Positions 1 to 9,170 of a DNA stretch of 64,000 nucleotides are shown here, piece after piece; position 1 is the stretch's first letter; each line of letters starts with the position of its first letter. Both the position numbers and the translations under genes were made by a program. The stretch comes from Bacillota bacterium (GTDB lineage: Bacteria; Bacillota; Clostridia; Christensenellales; CAMQZB01). Where the stretch lies: contig JAWXUU010000009.1 of assembly GCA_044426085.1 (NCBI GenBank), forward strand, positions 19,450-83,449, in the 5' to 3' direction. The notes beneath the pieces are model-generated. The model was not told the DNA's origin and did not search any database. It was given only the letters and a program-made list of their open reading frames with translations.

Positions 1-713
1 CATTCGTCGTGGTAGCTTCTTTTTGTTGAGCCGTTCACATCCCATTTTGCGATTTCGAGAAGTGAGTTTATCGCTTGGTTGATATATTCCTTATTATCCA
101 AAATTTCACCCGCAATAGCAAGGAATTTGATGTGGTTGAACGCTTCTTGACACTGCAAATAGTTTCCGCGCCAAATATGCATGACACGCACATCGTTTGG
201 ATATCTTTGTGGTTCGGAAACAAGTGGCATGCCTATGTATCTTTTTGCTGCCTTTTCAAAGAATCTATCAAACTTGCAATATGAAGGGTCAGCTTGCACG
301 TTTTTCTTGAAATCTTTGAATCTTTCGCCAGAAAGCCACAATCTTGGATGTGACATATCTTCATTTTCGAACCTTTCGTTCTCGCTTGGGATTGGCGTTT
401 GCAAAGATGTTTCGTCGATGGTAAAACTTCTTGCTTTGCTGTTGTCATATTCCCCGCCTGTTATTGTGTATCGCCAGAAATATTCGCCGTTTTCAAAAGT
501 GTTTGATGGCGAAAAGAAGTTGTGCCCGATGTTTTCATATTTATAGACATCGGTTTGGAAATTTATATCTTTTGAAACTTCGATTGTGTATGGTCCATTT
601 TCCTTGTTGCCCGCAAGCCATGTGAAACGGGGTGGATTTTCAGGTGAAATTCCGCCGTTTGGTGAGTATCTTATTGTTAGTATTCCGCTGTTTGGCTGAT
701 CAAGTTTTCTCAT
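1..713 (-). CDS. PL15-type exo-oligoalginate lyase (DUF4962/heparinase II-III architecture), N-terminal part, runs off the window edge
   Basis: Not in the ORF track. Manual translation from ATG 713 (RBS AAGGGA): MRKLDQPNSGILTIRYSP...ENPPRFTWL...HNFFSP...GEYFWRY...SHPRLWL...EPQRYPNDVR...CQEAF...LAIAG...WDVNGSTKRSYHDE. This is collinear with the remembered N-terminus of Agrobacterium Atu3025. Confidence 0.85.
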   Translation of the reverse strand, partial: MRKLDQPNSGILTIRYSPNGGISPENPPRFTWLAGNKENGPYTIEVSKDINFQTDVYKYENIGHNFFSPSNTFENGEYFWRYTITGGEYDNSKARSFTIDETSLQTPIPSENERFENEDMSHPRLWLSGERFKDFKKNVQADPSYCKFDRFFEKAAKRYIGMPLVSEPQRYPNDVRVMHIWRGNYLQCQEAFNHIKFLAIAGEILDNKEYINQAINSLLEIAKWDVNGSTKRSYHDE

Positions 714-727
714 ATTTTTCCCTTATA

Positions 728-2122
728 TTAAAATTTGAACGCGCTTAGAAACTCTCTTGTGTATGCAATTTGCTCGCGAACACACTGCGGAGAAGGAGAG
801 CCCATTGATGTGCGTTTTTTCACGCATTCCATGATGTCTACTGCAATATAGATATCATCTTCAAACAGCTCTGATTTCGCCTTATAGACATCCAGTGGAA
901 GTGTGTTCATCGTGTGGTTTGTATCAATGCACTCAGCAACAAGTTCGCCAGTGATTTTATATGCCGATCTGAATGGCATGCCTTTTTTCACGAGATAATC
1001 AGCGCAGTCTGTTGCGTTCACAAAACCTTTTTGAACGGCGGAAAGCATGTTATCTTCACGAAGGCGGATTGTTTGCATCATTTGGTCGAAGATTGGCAAG
1101 CAGTTTTTCACGGTTTTTACGCTGTCGAAAATGCCTTCTTTATCTTCTTGCATATCTTTGTTATAGGCAAGTGGCAAGCCTTTCATCACTGTAAGGATTC
1201 CCATAAGATTGCCGTATACCCTGCCTGTTTTTCCACGGATTAGTTCTGGGATATCAGGATTTTTCTTTTGTGGCATGATTGAAGAGCCTGTTGAATATGC
1301 ATCGTCGAGTTCAACAAACTTGAATTCCCAACTGCACCACATGATAACTTCTTCGGAAAATCTTGAAAGGTGCATCATTATCATTGAAATAGCCGAGCCA
1401 AGTTCAATCACGAAATCCCTATCGGAAACGCCGTCGAGTGAGTTTTGCGATGGGCGGTCGAAACCAAGCAAGCTTGAAGTTTGGTTTCTATCGATTGGAT
1501 ATGTTGTTCCCGCAAGCGCACAACTGCCAAGTGGGCAGACGTTCATTCTTTTGTGGCAATCGAAAAGCCTTTCTTTATCGCGCATAAACATTTGTGAATA
1601 AGCCATCATAACGTGGGCAAATGTCACGGGTTGGGCGCGTTGAAGATGAGTGTAGCCTGGCATAACTGTTTCTGTTGTTTTATCCGCAAGGTCGCAAAGC
1701 GTTTCAAGAAGGCTTGAAAGCATTTGTGAAATTTCCACTGTTTGGTTTTTCAAATGCATTCTAAGGTCAAGTGCGACTTGGTCGTTTCTGCTTCTTGAAG
1801 TGTGAAGCCTTTTGCCAGCATCGCCGATTCTTGAAGTCAACTCTGCTTCAATAAACATGTGAATATCTTCCGCTGTGCTGTCAAATTCAAGCGTGCCATC
1901 TTTCAGCTGGGCAAGTATCACAGCAAGTGTTTCCTTTATTTTTTCTGCATCATCGCAAGAAATTATGTTGCAATCTGCAAGCATTGTTGCATGAGCAATG
2001 CTTCCAGTTATGTCTTCTTCAAACATTTGCGCGTCAAATGAAATTGAAGAGTTGAAATCGTTTGTTTCTTTAGCAAGAGATTTTTTAAATCTGCCTGACC
2101 ACATTTTTTCCATATTTGTCAT
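728..2122 (-). CDS. argH: Argininosuccinate lyase
   Basis: MWSGRF start, SRSRNDQV, GYTHLQ and GSSIMPQKKNP signature. Confidence 0.97.
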   Translation of the reverse strand: MTNMEKMWSGRFKKSLAKETNDFNSSISFDAQMFEEDITGSIAHATMLADCNIISCDDAEKIKETLAVILAQLKDGTLEFDSTAEDIHMFIEAELTSRIGDAGKRLHTSRSRNDQVALDLRMHLKNQTVEISQMLSSLLETLCDLADKTTETVMPGYTHLQRAQPVTFAHVMMAYSQMFMRDKERLFDCHKRMNVCPLGSCALAGTTYPIDRNQTSSLLGFDRPSQNSLDGVSDRDFVIELGSAISMIMMHLSRFSEEVIMWCSWEFKFVELDDAYSTGSSIMPQKKNPDIPELIRGKTGRVYGNLMGILTVMKGLPLAYNKDMQEDKEGIFDSVKTVKNCLPIFDQMMQTIRLREDNMLSAVQKGFVNATDCADYLVKKGMPFRSAYKITGELVAECIDTNHTMNTLPLDVYKAKSELFEDDIYIAVDIMECVKKRTSMGSPSPQCVREQIAYTREFLSAFKF

Positions 2123-2263
2123 CCTTATATTTTTTTGTTGTACTTTTTAATTATATGACACAAAAGCCGTTATGTCAATGGAAATCGGATTAAAAATTAG
2201 ACTCTTTCTTATTAATAAAATAAAACAGACTGAATCAATCAATCTGTTTTATTTTGTGTGATA

Positions 2264-2722
2264 TTATTTTGTTTTCATTTTGCAAAGCAAGTTGTTGAAT
2301 TCTTCGATTTCTTCATCAGTCATGTCGGAAAAAACATACTGTGCATGAACTTTGATTTTTTCTTGAAACATTTCTGCGATAGCTTTGCCCAATGGCGTGA
2401 TTTGGATTATGTTTTCGTTGTTTTGCACACCTGCCACTTTTTCCACACAGCCACCTTGCTCAAGCTTTTTGATAGTTTCCGAAACCGCTTGCGAGCTTAT
2501 ATCAAGCATTTTTGCAATGTTGCGTTGGTTGATATTTTCTTCAGCCATCAAAATTATCAAAGTGCGCCTTGCGTTGCCAGAATATTTTTTTAAATCATCA
2601 TGACCAGAAAGTTTTTCTTCGCTTTGGTCGAGACTTTCAATTTCTTTGTTCTTTCTTATTCTGTACTCTTGAATTTGGTTGTTCACGTTGTAGAACTTTG
2701 CAAGCACTTGATGTTTTTCCAT
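2264..2722 (-). CDS. MarR-family transcriptional regulator
   Basis: wHTH-like INQRNIAKMLDISSQAVSETIKKLE...ITPLG; last gene of the ABC exporter operon. Confidence 0.8.
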   Translation of the reverse strand: MEKHQVLAKFYNVNNQIQEYRIRKNKEIESLDQSEEKLSGHDDLKKYSGNARRTLIILMAEENINQRNIAKMLDISSQAVSETIKKLEQGGCVEKVAGVQNNENIIQITPLGKAIAEMFQEKIKVHAQYVFSDMTDEEIEEFNNLLCKMKTK

Positions 2723-2731
2723 ATCTTCCTC

Positions 2732-4549
2732 CTAATCCAAAATTGAAAGACCTGTATAAAGATTATAATATTTGCCCTTATTTTCTAGCAATTCTTCGTG
2801 GCTTCCTTGTTCGATAATTTCACCTTGTTCAAGCACGATGATTTCGTCGGAGTTTCTGACTGTTGAAAGGCGATGCGCGATAACAAAGGTTGTTCTTTCG
2901 CTTGTGAGGCGGTCTAGCGCTTGTTCGATGTGGCGTTCTGTTCTTGTGTCTACTGAGCTTGTCGCTTCATCCAAAACCAAGATTGGCGCTTTTGAAATCG
3001 CTGCTCTTGCGATGTTGAGAAGCTGACGTTGACCTTGCGAAAGGTTTCCGCCGTCGCCATCGAGGATTGTATCGTAACCGTTTTCTAACCTTATGATAAA
3101 GCTGTGCGCGTTTGCAGTTTTTGCGGCGCTGATAACTTCTTCATCAGTCGCGTCAAGTCTGCCGTATCTGATGTTATCGCGTACAGTGCCTGTGAAAAGG
3201 TGGGTGTCTTGCAAGACCATTGCCACGTTTTGGCGAAGGAAATCGCGGTTGTAGTTTTTGATATCTTCGCCATCGATTTTGATTGAGCCCGCGTTGATAT
3301 CATAGAATCTGTTTATTAGGTTTGTGATTGTTGTTTTGCCCGCACCAGTTGAGCCAACGAAAGCGATTTTTTGCGACGTTTTTGCCTTGATGGAAATGTT
3401 TTTCAACACTAGTTTACCTTCGCGGTATCCAAAATCTACGTTGTCAAATTCTACATTTCCGACGATTTTTTCAGGAATGATTGCGTTTTCCACATCTTCG
3501 ATTTCTGCGTTTTGGTCGATTACTTCAAACACGCGTTCTGCACCCGCGAGTGCTGCGAAAATCGTGTTGATTTGCATGAATATTGCGTTGATTGGTTGAG
3601 AAAAGCTTCTTGCATAGTTAACAAAAATTGTGTATCCGCCTACGTCGAAGCCCGTGAACACGCAAAGCAATCCGCCAACAACTGCTGTTATTGAATAGCT
3701 TAGCATTGCAAGACCGCCCATGATTGGACCCATGCAACCGCTTAGCGCTTGTGCTTTGAAATATTTTTGCGTGTAATCTTCGTTGAAGTTTTCAAATTCT
3801 TCAACCGTTTCATCTTCGTGGTTGAAAACTTTGATAACTTTTTGACCTGAAACGCGTTCTTCGATAAAGCCGTTCAAATCGCCAATAGCCTTTTGTTGAC
3901 CCTTATAAAATTTCATACTGCGTTTTGAAACTTGCTTTGATACATAGCTGAAAAACGGTATTATGATAAGCATAACAAGGGTTAGCATCCAGTTGGTATA
4001 GAACATTATTGCAGTTGTTGTTATTATTGTTATAACACCTGAAATAAGTTGCACGCACGTTGTTGAAAGCATGTTTGAAACTGCGTCCACATCGTTTGTG
4101 AATCTGCTCATAAGGTCGCCGTTGTTGTTGCTGTCGAAATATTTGAGTGGCAATTTTTGAAGTTTCACGAACAAATCTTCACGCATTCTTTCAAGTGAAG
4201 ACTGTGCGATTTCTATCATTAGTCTTGATTGCATATAGTTTGCAAAGAATGCAAACAAATATATGACCGCCATTGTTGTAAGGTTTTTGACAAGCGCTGT
4301 TGTGCCGGCACTTTCCAATAGTCCGTTTATTATTGGGCGAACCATATATGTTGCACAGATTGCGAGAACAGAGTTTGCAACGATGAAAAATATTGCAAAA
4401 CTTATTGCGATTTTGCGTTCTGATAGGTAACCCAAAATTCTCATGATTGTTTGTTTTGTGTTTTTGAGTTTTGCACGTTCACCTTGCATTCCAGGAGGGC
4501 CACCCCTGCCTTGCATTGCACTTTGATGAAATTTACTGTTTTCTGCCAT
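2732..4549 (-). CDS. Heterodimeric multidrug-type ABC exporter, consensus-site subunit (TMD+NBD)
   Basis: 6-TM domain, Walker A GSTGAGKT, LSQGQRQ, Walker B LVLDEATSSVD, AHRL switch. Confidence 0.92.
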   Translation of the reverse strand: MAENSKFHQSAMQGRGGPPGMQGERAKLKNTKQTIMRILGYLSERKIAISFAIFFIVANSVLAICATYMVRPIINGLLESAGTTALVKNLTTMAVIYLFAFFANYMQSRLMIEIAQSSLERMREDLFVKLQKLPLKYFDSNNNGDLMSRFTNDVDAVSNMLSTTCVQLISGVITIITTTAIMFYTNWMLTLVMLIIIPFFSYVSKQVSKRSMKFYKGQQKAIGDLNGFIEERVSGQKVIKVFNHEDETVEEFENFNEDYTQKYFKAQALSGCMGPIMGGLAMLSYSITAVVGGLLCVFTGFDVGGYTIFVNYARSFSQPINAIFMQINTIFAALAGAERVFEVIDQNAEIEDVENAIIPEKIVGNVEFDNVDFGYREGKLVLKNISIKAKTSQKIAFVGSTGAGKTTITNLINRFYDINAGSIKIDGEDIKNYNRDFLRQNVAMVLQDTHLFTGTVRDNIRYGRLDATDEEVISAAKTANAHSFIIRLENGYDTILDGDGGNLSQGQRQLLNIARAAISKAPILVLDEATSSVDTRTERHIEQALDRLTSERTTFVIAHRLSTVRNSDEIIVLEQGEIIEQGSHEELLENKGKYYNLYTGLSILD

Positions 4550-4550
4550 A

Positions 4551-6281
4551 TTATTCCACCCCCTTGCCTGATTGTGAATCGTTGATTTCTTTATAGATAA
4601 CTGACGTTTTCAAAAGCTGTTCATGCGTGCCCATACTTTCAATTTTACCATCGCCCATAACGATAATTTTATCCGCATCGCAAACTGAAGAAATTCTTTG
4701 TGCGATGATGATTTTTGTTGCACCTGCAAGTTCGTTTTTCAAGTGATATGTTATCTTTCTTTCTGTTGCTGTGTCCACCGCACTTGTGGAATCGTCTAGA
4801 ATCAAAATCTTAGGTTTTTTGAGAAGTGCTCTTGCAATACACAATCTTTGCTTTTGACCGCCCGAAAGATTCACACCGCCTTGTTCTATCACTGATTGGT
4901 ATCCGTGCTGTTTATCTTGAACGAATTCTTCGGCAGCTGACCAGTTGCACACTTCTTTTATTTCAGATTCTGTGGCACTTTCGTCACCCCAACGCAGATT
5001 GCTTTCTATTGTGCCAGAGAAAAGCATGTTGTTTTGCAAGACAACAGAAACGCCGTCGCGAAGGTTTTCAATTGAATAGTCGCGAACGTCCACTCCGTCG
5101 ACAAGAAGACTGCCTTTTGTGACGTCATAAAGCCTTGGGATAAGGTTTACAAAACTTGTCTTGCCACAGCCAGTTGAGCCGATTATGCCCACCGTTTCGC
5201 CCGAGTTGATTTTTACCGAAATATTCGACAAAACATCTTCTTCGTTATTTAGATAGTATTTGAAACTTACATTTTTGAATTCAATATTGCCCGTTTCAAC
5301 TTTTTTATCGTTATACTTACTGTTGTTATCGGTGATATCAACTTCTGTTTCCATAACTTCGGTGATACGCTTTGAAGAAACGATTGCCCTTGAACTTTGC
5401 AAGAACACGTTTGCAAACATTGTCACTGATGCAAGAATTTGAGTTAGATATGTGATAAATGCAGAAACGTCACCGATTGCAATCTCTCCTGTGCCAAGCA
5501 AGTTGCTTGATAGCCACAAAATGAATATAACAGAAAAGTTCACCGCAATTGTCATAAGTGGAAGTTGCCAAACTGTTATGCGATAAGCTTTTAGACCTGT
5601 GTTTTTCAAATCAGCATTGACATCTTTGAAGTTATCTTCTTCGTATTTTTCGCGAGTTAGTGCTTTTATTACGCGGATGTTTGTTAAAATTTCACGCACT
5701 TTTGTGTTTAGCGTGTCGATTTTCACTTGCAATGCACCAAACTTGCTGTATGAAAAATACAAAACCAAGAAGATTATCAATGCGAGAACAGGAACAATAC
5801 AGATGTAAACTGTGGAAATCGTTGGGCTTATCAAATAAGCCATGATGATTGCACCAAACAGCATTCCTGGGGCACGAAACAACATTCTTAGGCACATAAC
5901 AACAAATTGTTGAAGTTGTGTTATGTCGTTTGTGAGCCTTGTGACAAGTGAGCCCGTTGAAAACTTGTCGATGTTTTTAAATGAAAATTTTTGGATTTTT
6001 TCAAACAAATCACTTCGCAAATCCCTTGCAAAATATGCCGATGCTTTGCTCGCACAATAAGATGCACCGCACCCACTTGCTATCGCGCAAAACACGCATG
6101 TCACCATTTTTGCCATTATCCATAAAATCGCTTCGCTATCGTTGTTTTCCACCCCGATATTGATTATGTTCGCAGAAAGCGTTGGAAGCATGACGTCGCA
6201 ACCGACTTCAATCAGCATGCAAAGTGGCGAAAGAATGAAAAATATCCAATACGGTTTTATGTATTTTGTGTATTTTTTCAT
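4551..6281 (-). CDS. Heterodimeric multidrug-type ABC exporter, degenerate-site subunit
   Basis: GSTGCGKT, LSGGQKQ, degenerate Walker B ILDDSTSAVD and AQRI switch, as in TM287/288-type pairs. Confidence 0.92.
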   Translation of the reverse strand: MKKYTKYIKPYWIFFILSPLCMLIEVGCDVMLPTLSANIINIGVENNDSEAILWIMAKMVTCVFCAIASGCGASYCASKASAYFARDLRSDLFEKIQKFSFKNIDKFSTGSLVTRLTNDITQLQQFVVMCLRMLFRAPGMLFGAIIMAYLISPTISTVYICIVPVLALIIFLVLYFSYSKFGALQVKIDTLNTKVREILTNIRVIKALTREKYEEDNFKDVNADLKNTGLKAYRITVWQLPLMTIAVNFSVIFILWLSSNLLGTGEIAIGDVSAFITYLTQILASVTMFANVFLQSSRAIVSSKRITEVMETEVDITDNNSKYNDKKVETGNIEFKNVSFKYYLNNEEDVLSNISVKINSGETVGIIGSTGCGKTSFVNLIPRLYDVTKGSLLVDGVDVRDYSIENLRDGVSVVLQNNMLFSGTIESNLRWGDESATESEIKEVCNWSAAEEFVQDKQHGYQSVIEQGGVNLSGGQKQRLCIARALLKKPKILILDDSTSAVDTATERKITYHLKNELAGATKIIIAQRISSVCDADKIIVMGDGKIESMGTHEQLLKTSVIYKEINDSQSGKGVE

Positions 6282-6421
6282 ATTATCTCCTTATTATTAC
6301 TCTTTTTAAATACTTCGGTATCAATGTGTTGAAACCATGATTATTTTAGCACTTTGCCACTGCGGTGTCAAGGAATTGATACGGTTGTTTTAAAATATTT
6401 AAAAATTAATTTTATACGGAA

Positions 6422-6462
6422 AAAAGGGTTGTATCAAATGTTTAAAATGATACAACCCTTTT
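6422..6462. repeat. Palindrome family GGGYTGTATCA...TGATACARCCC, copy 1
   Basis: AAAAGGGTTGTATCA-N11-TGATACAACCCTTTT; related copies at 38344-38376 and 39721-39758. Confidence 0.7.
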
Positions 6463-6473
6463 CTATATAGTAA

Positions 6474-6570
6474 GCACGAGCAAAGCGAGTGCATTACCAC
6501 AATTTTTAATTTTTAATTTTTAATTTTTAATTTTCACTTTTCACTTTTCACTTTTCACTTTTCACTTTTA
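6474..6570. repeat. Heptamer-array/hairpin repeat, locus 1 (single arm)
   Basis: GCACGAGC-AAA-GCGAGTGC-ATTACCAC followed by (AATTTTT)4 AATTTTC (ACTTTTC)4 ACTTTTA. Confidence 0.9.
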
Positions 6571-6594
6571 AATTGCACCGCTTTGCGTTGCCTT

Positions 6595-7605
6595 TCACTC
6601 TGCATCCAGCATATTATCGATGAAAATTCCGTAGCCCCTTGTTGGGTCGGCAACGAAAACGTGGGTTACTGCGCCGATCAGTTTATCGTTTTGCACGATT
6701 GGGCTTCCCGACATGCCTTGAACGATTCCGCCAGTTGATTCGAGCAGTCTTTCGTCGGTGATTTTTATCACCATGCCCTTTTCTGTTTTGTTTTTGCCCA
6801 TATCTTTTGATACTATTTCACAATCGTAATACTGCGGACTGTTGCCTGAAATTGTTGAAAGGATTTGGGCTTTGCCGATTTGGACTTCTTCTTTGGTGGC
6901 AGTTTCGAGCAATCTTGATTCTTCATTTAGCCAATTTTTGTTTTGGAACTTACCAAAAATTCCACAGCCATTATTTTTCGCGATTTCGCCGTTCAATGTT
7001 TTATCTTTTATGAAAACACCTTTCAGTTCTCCCGCTTTGCCACGCACACCTTTATTCACGCCTAGTATCATAGAACTGCAGATTTCACCACCCGCGATTG
7101 GGGCTGGGGTTCTGTTTTTCCAAACGGAAACGGGATGACCAAGACCCGCGAAACTGCCGTCTTGCTTGATATACGTTATCGTGCCTATCCCTTCGATTTT
7201 TTCCCTTGCGTGAATGCCAAGTTTTGTGCCATCTTCACCATGATAAGTCTTCACCGTTGTTGTTTCACTTTTGCCGTCGCGAAGAAATTCAACCGATACT
7301 TCTGCACCCGCTTTTTTCATGGCTTTTCTTAAACTTTCAAGATCTTTAACTTTCGTTTTGCCAATCTTTTGAATTATATCCCCGTCTTGGAAATTCAAGA
7401 TTTCTTCTTCACCATTTTCTTTGTGGATTTTGTTTGATTCTTCCGTTTTGGAAACCACCACGCCGTCTGGTTCTAGTTCTATCCCCACTGTGATACCACC
7501 GATATAAACACTTTCGCTTGCAAATGCAATTTGACTGCATCCAAAGCTTGCTGTGCCCACGATTAAACACAGAAAAATTAACGTTATATTTGCAACTTTT
7601 TTCAT
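6595..7605 (-). CDS. spoIVB: SpoIVB peptidase (S55, PDZ)
   Basis: GIGTITY...FAGLGH, TGGIVQGMSGSPIVQN, GAVTHVFVADPTRGYGI. Start reassigned to ATG 7605 after AGGGAGG. Confidence 0.93.
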   Translation of the reverse strand: MKKVANITLIFLCLIVGTASFGCSQIAFASESVYIGGITVGIELEPDGVVVSKTEESNKIHKENGEEEILNFQDGDIIQKIGKTKVKDLESLRKAMKKAGAEVSVEFLRDGKSETTTVKTYHGEDGTKLGIHAREKIEGIGTITYIKQDGSFAGLGHPVSVWKNRTPAPIAGGEICSSMILGVNKGVRGKAGELKGVFIKDKTLNGEIAKNNGCGIFGKFQNKNWLNEESRLLETATKEEVQIGKAQILSTISGNSPQYYDCEIVSKDMGKNKTEKGMVIKITDERLLESTGGIVQGMSGSPIVQNDKLIGAVTHVFVADPTRGYGIFIDNMLDAE

Positions 7606-7827
7606 AAGTACCTCCCTTTCGTCTTTTATATTCTTTGCATGATTGCAGTTTTTATTGCACTGTGAAGATAAAAGTTTTTTGGTAATATATGACACTTATT
7701 TTTTATTTGAAATTGGATGTATGAAATTGTATGTTTGAAATTTTAATCCGAAAATATATAGTGAAAAAGACGATTTATAGTGAATGCAAAAAAAGAAAAA
7801 AGACAAAAAAAGAAAAAAGACAAAAAA

Positions 7828-7851
7828 AGCACCGCGACTTATCGCGGTGCT
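7828..7851 (-). terminator. Intrinsic terminator after the 134-aa gene
   Basis: AGCACCGCGA-CTTA-TCGCGGTGCT followed by a T-run on the minus strand. Confidence 0.75.
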
Positions 7852-7875
7852 GATAGACAAACTTATGATTTATTA

Positions 7876-8280
7876 TTACTCAGTGATTTCAGCATAGAAA
7901 GCTTGAGTTTCTTCAGCTGATTCGAAGTTGAAAATGAATACTTCTTCGCCGTTAGTGATTTTGATATAATCTGCATCTCTTGACAAAAGTGCAGCGAAAC
8001 ATGCTTCGTTTTCAACTTTGAAGTTTCCTTGCATTGTTGTTTCAGAAATATCACCGTTGAATCTCATTTGCATTACAGCTGGTGTTGCAACCATTTCGAT
8101 TTCTGCGCCTTCAAGTGATACAGCTGCATCATATGGACCGCTGAAAACAACTTCTGAACCGTTGAATGAAATGTCGCTTACTTCTTCGCCTGTGTTCATA
8201 AGAACAATACCGAATACTGCTGTTGCAAAAATTGCAAGTGCAATTGTCAAACCTACGAAAAATTTATTTTTAATAATCAT
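7876..8280 (-). CDS. Membrane-anchored hypothetical protein, possibly with a bacterial PH-like domain
   Basis: N-terminal TM helix; RFNG...GNFKV...YIKI...FNFESAEETQAFY resembles bPH-type domains. Confidence 0.55.
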   Translation of the reverse strand: MIIKNKFFVGLTIALAIFATAVFGIVLMNTGEEVSDISFNGSEVVFSGPYDAAVSLEGAEIEMVATPAVMQMRFNGDISETTMQGNFKVENEACFAALLSRDADYIKITNGEEVFIFNFESAEETQAFYAEITE

Positions 8281-8450
8281 TTATATATACTTCCTATTTA
8301 TCAATTTAGAGTAGAAGATACCAAGTCCATAAGACGCTGCAACCTTTTTCTACACTAATATAATATCATATTTTAAGCAAAATATCATTAAAAAAGTTGA
8401 CTTTTTTCCTATAATAATCTTACTTTTACAGCCGTTTTGCCCTTATTTTA

Positions 8451-9170
8451 TTAGTTTTTTGACATTTTTTGGAAATATATCATATATTCTTTATTCTTTT
8501 GTATTGCATGTGAAACTTCGCAAACACCGATATTTTCATATCCAAAACTCTCGCCACATTCTGCAACTTTTTGGATTGCGAACTCTATATCTTTTGGGTT
8601 TGTCACAATGCCGTGTTTGTTGAGTGCCTTTTTGCCACATTCGAATTGCGGTTTAATCAAAAGCAACATTTCGCGCGCAAAGCTTGCAAAAACTGGGATT
8701 ATCATGGTTTCTGAAATAAAGGAAACATCGCTTACAACAAAGATTTCTTCTTCTGCAAAGTGCTCCTTTGTGAGAAATCTCGCGTTGGTGTTATCCATAA
8801 CGACCACCCTTTTATCGCTTTTCAAACTTTCGTCAAGCTGATTTTCCCCCACGTCCACAGCGTAGACTTTCTTCGCACCACCCAAAAGCAAGCAGTGGGT
8901 GAATCCGCCGTTTGAAGCGCCCACGTCAACAAATGTTTTACCGCTTGCGTCAAACCCAAAATGCGTTATTCCCTTATCGAGTTTGAGTCCGCCTTTTGAA
9001 ACAAATTCTAGCGATTCTTTTATTTCTACAACGGCATTTGCCGATACCTTTTCGCCACATTTTTTTATTTGTTTGCCGTTTATAAAAACGTAGCCCGCTT
9101 TGATTTTATCCTGTGCGTTACTTTTTGATTTTAAAGAGAATTTTTCTTGAATATAGCTATCAAGCCTCAT
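8451..9170 (-). CDS. tlyA: TlyA-family rRNA methyltransferase (S4 + FtsJ domains)
   Basis: MRLD...S4 domain, VSKGGLKL, DVGASNGGFT, DVSFIS, LIKPQFE; overlaps the dxs stop. Confidence 0.93.
   Translation of the reverse strand: MRLDSYIQEKFSLKSKSNAQDKIKAGYVFINGKQIKKCGEKVSANAVVEIKESLEFVSKGGLKLDKGITHFGFDASGKTFVDVGASNGGFTHCLLLGGAKKVYAVDVGENQLDESLKSDKRVVVMDNTNARFLTKEHFAEEEIFVVSDVSFISETMIIPVFASFAREMLLLIKPQFECGKKALNKHGIVTNPKDIEFAIQKVAECGESFGYENIGVCEVSHAIQKNKEYMIYFQKMSKN

Noticed and set aside
7790-7830. Short AT-rich duplications (also near 17590, 34962 and 45841)
   Set aside because: Low-complexity slippage products with no evidence of function.
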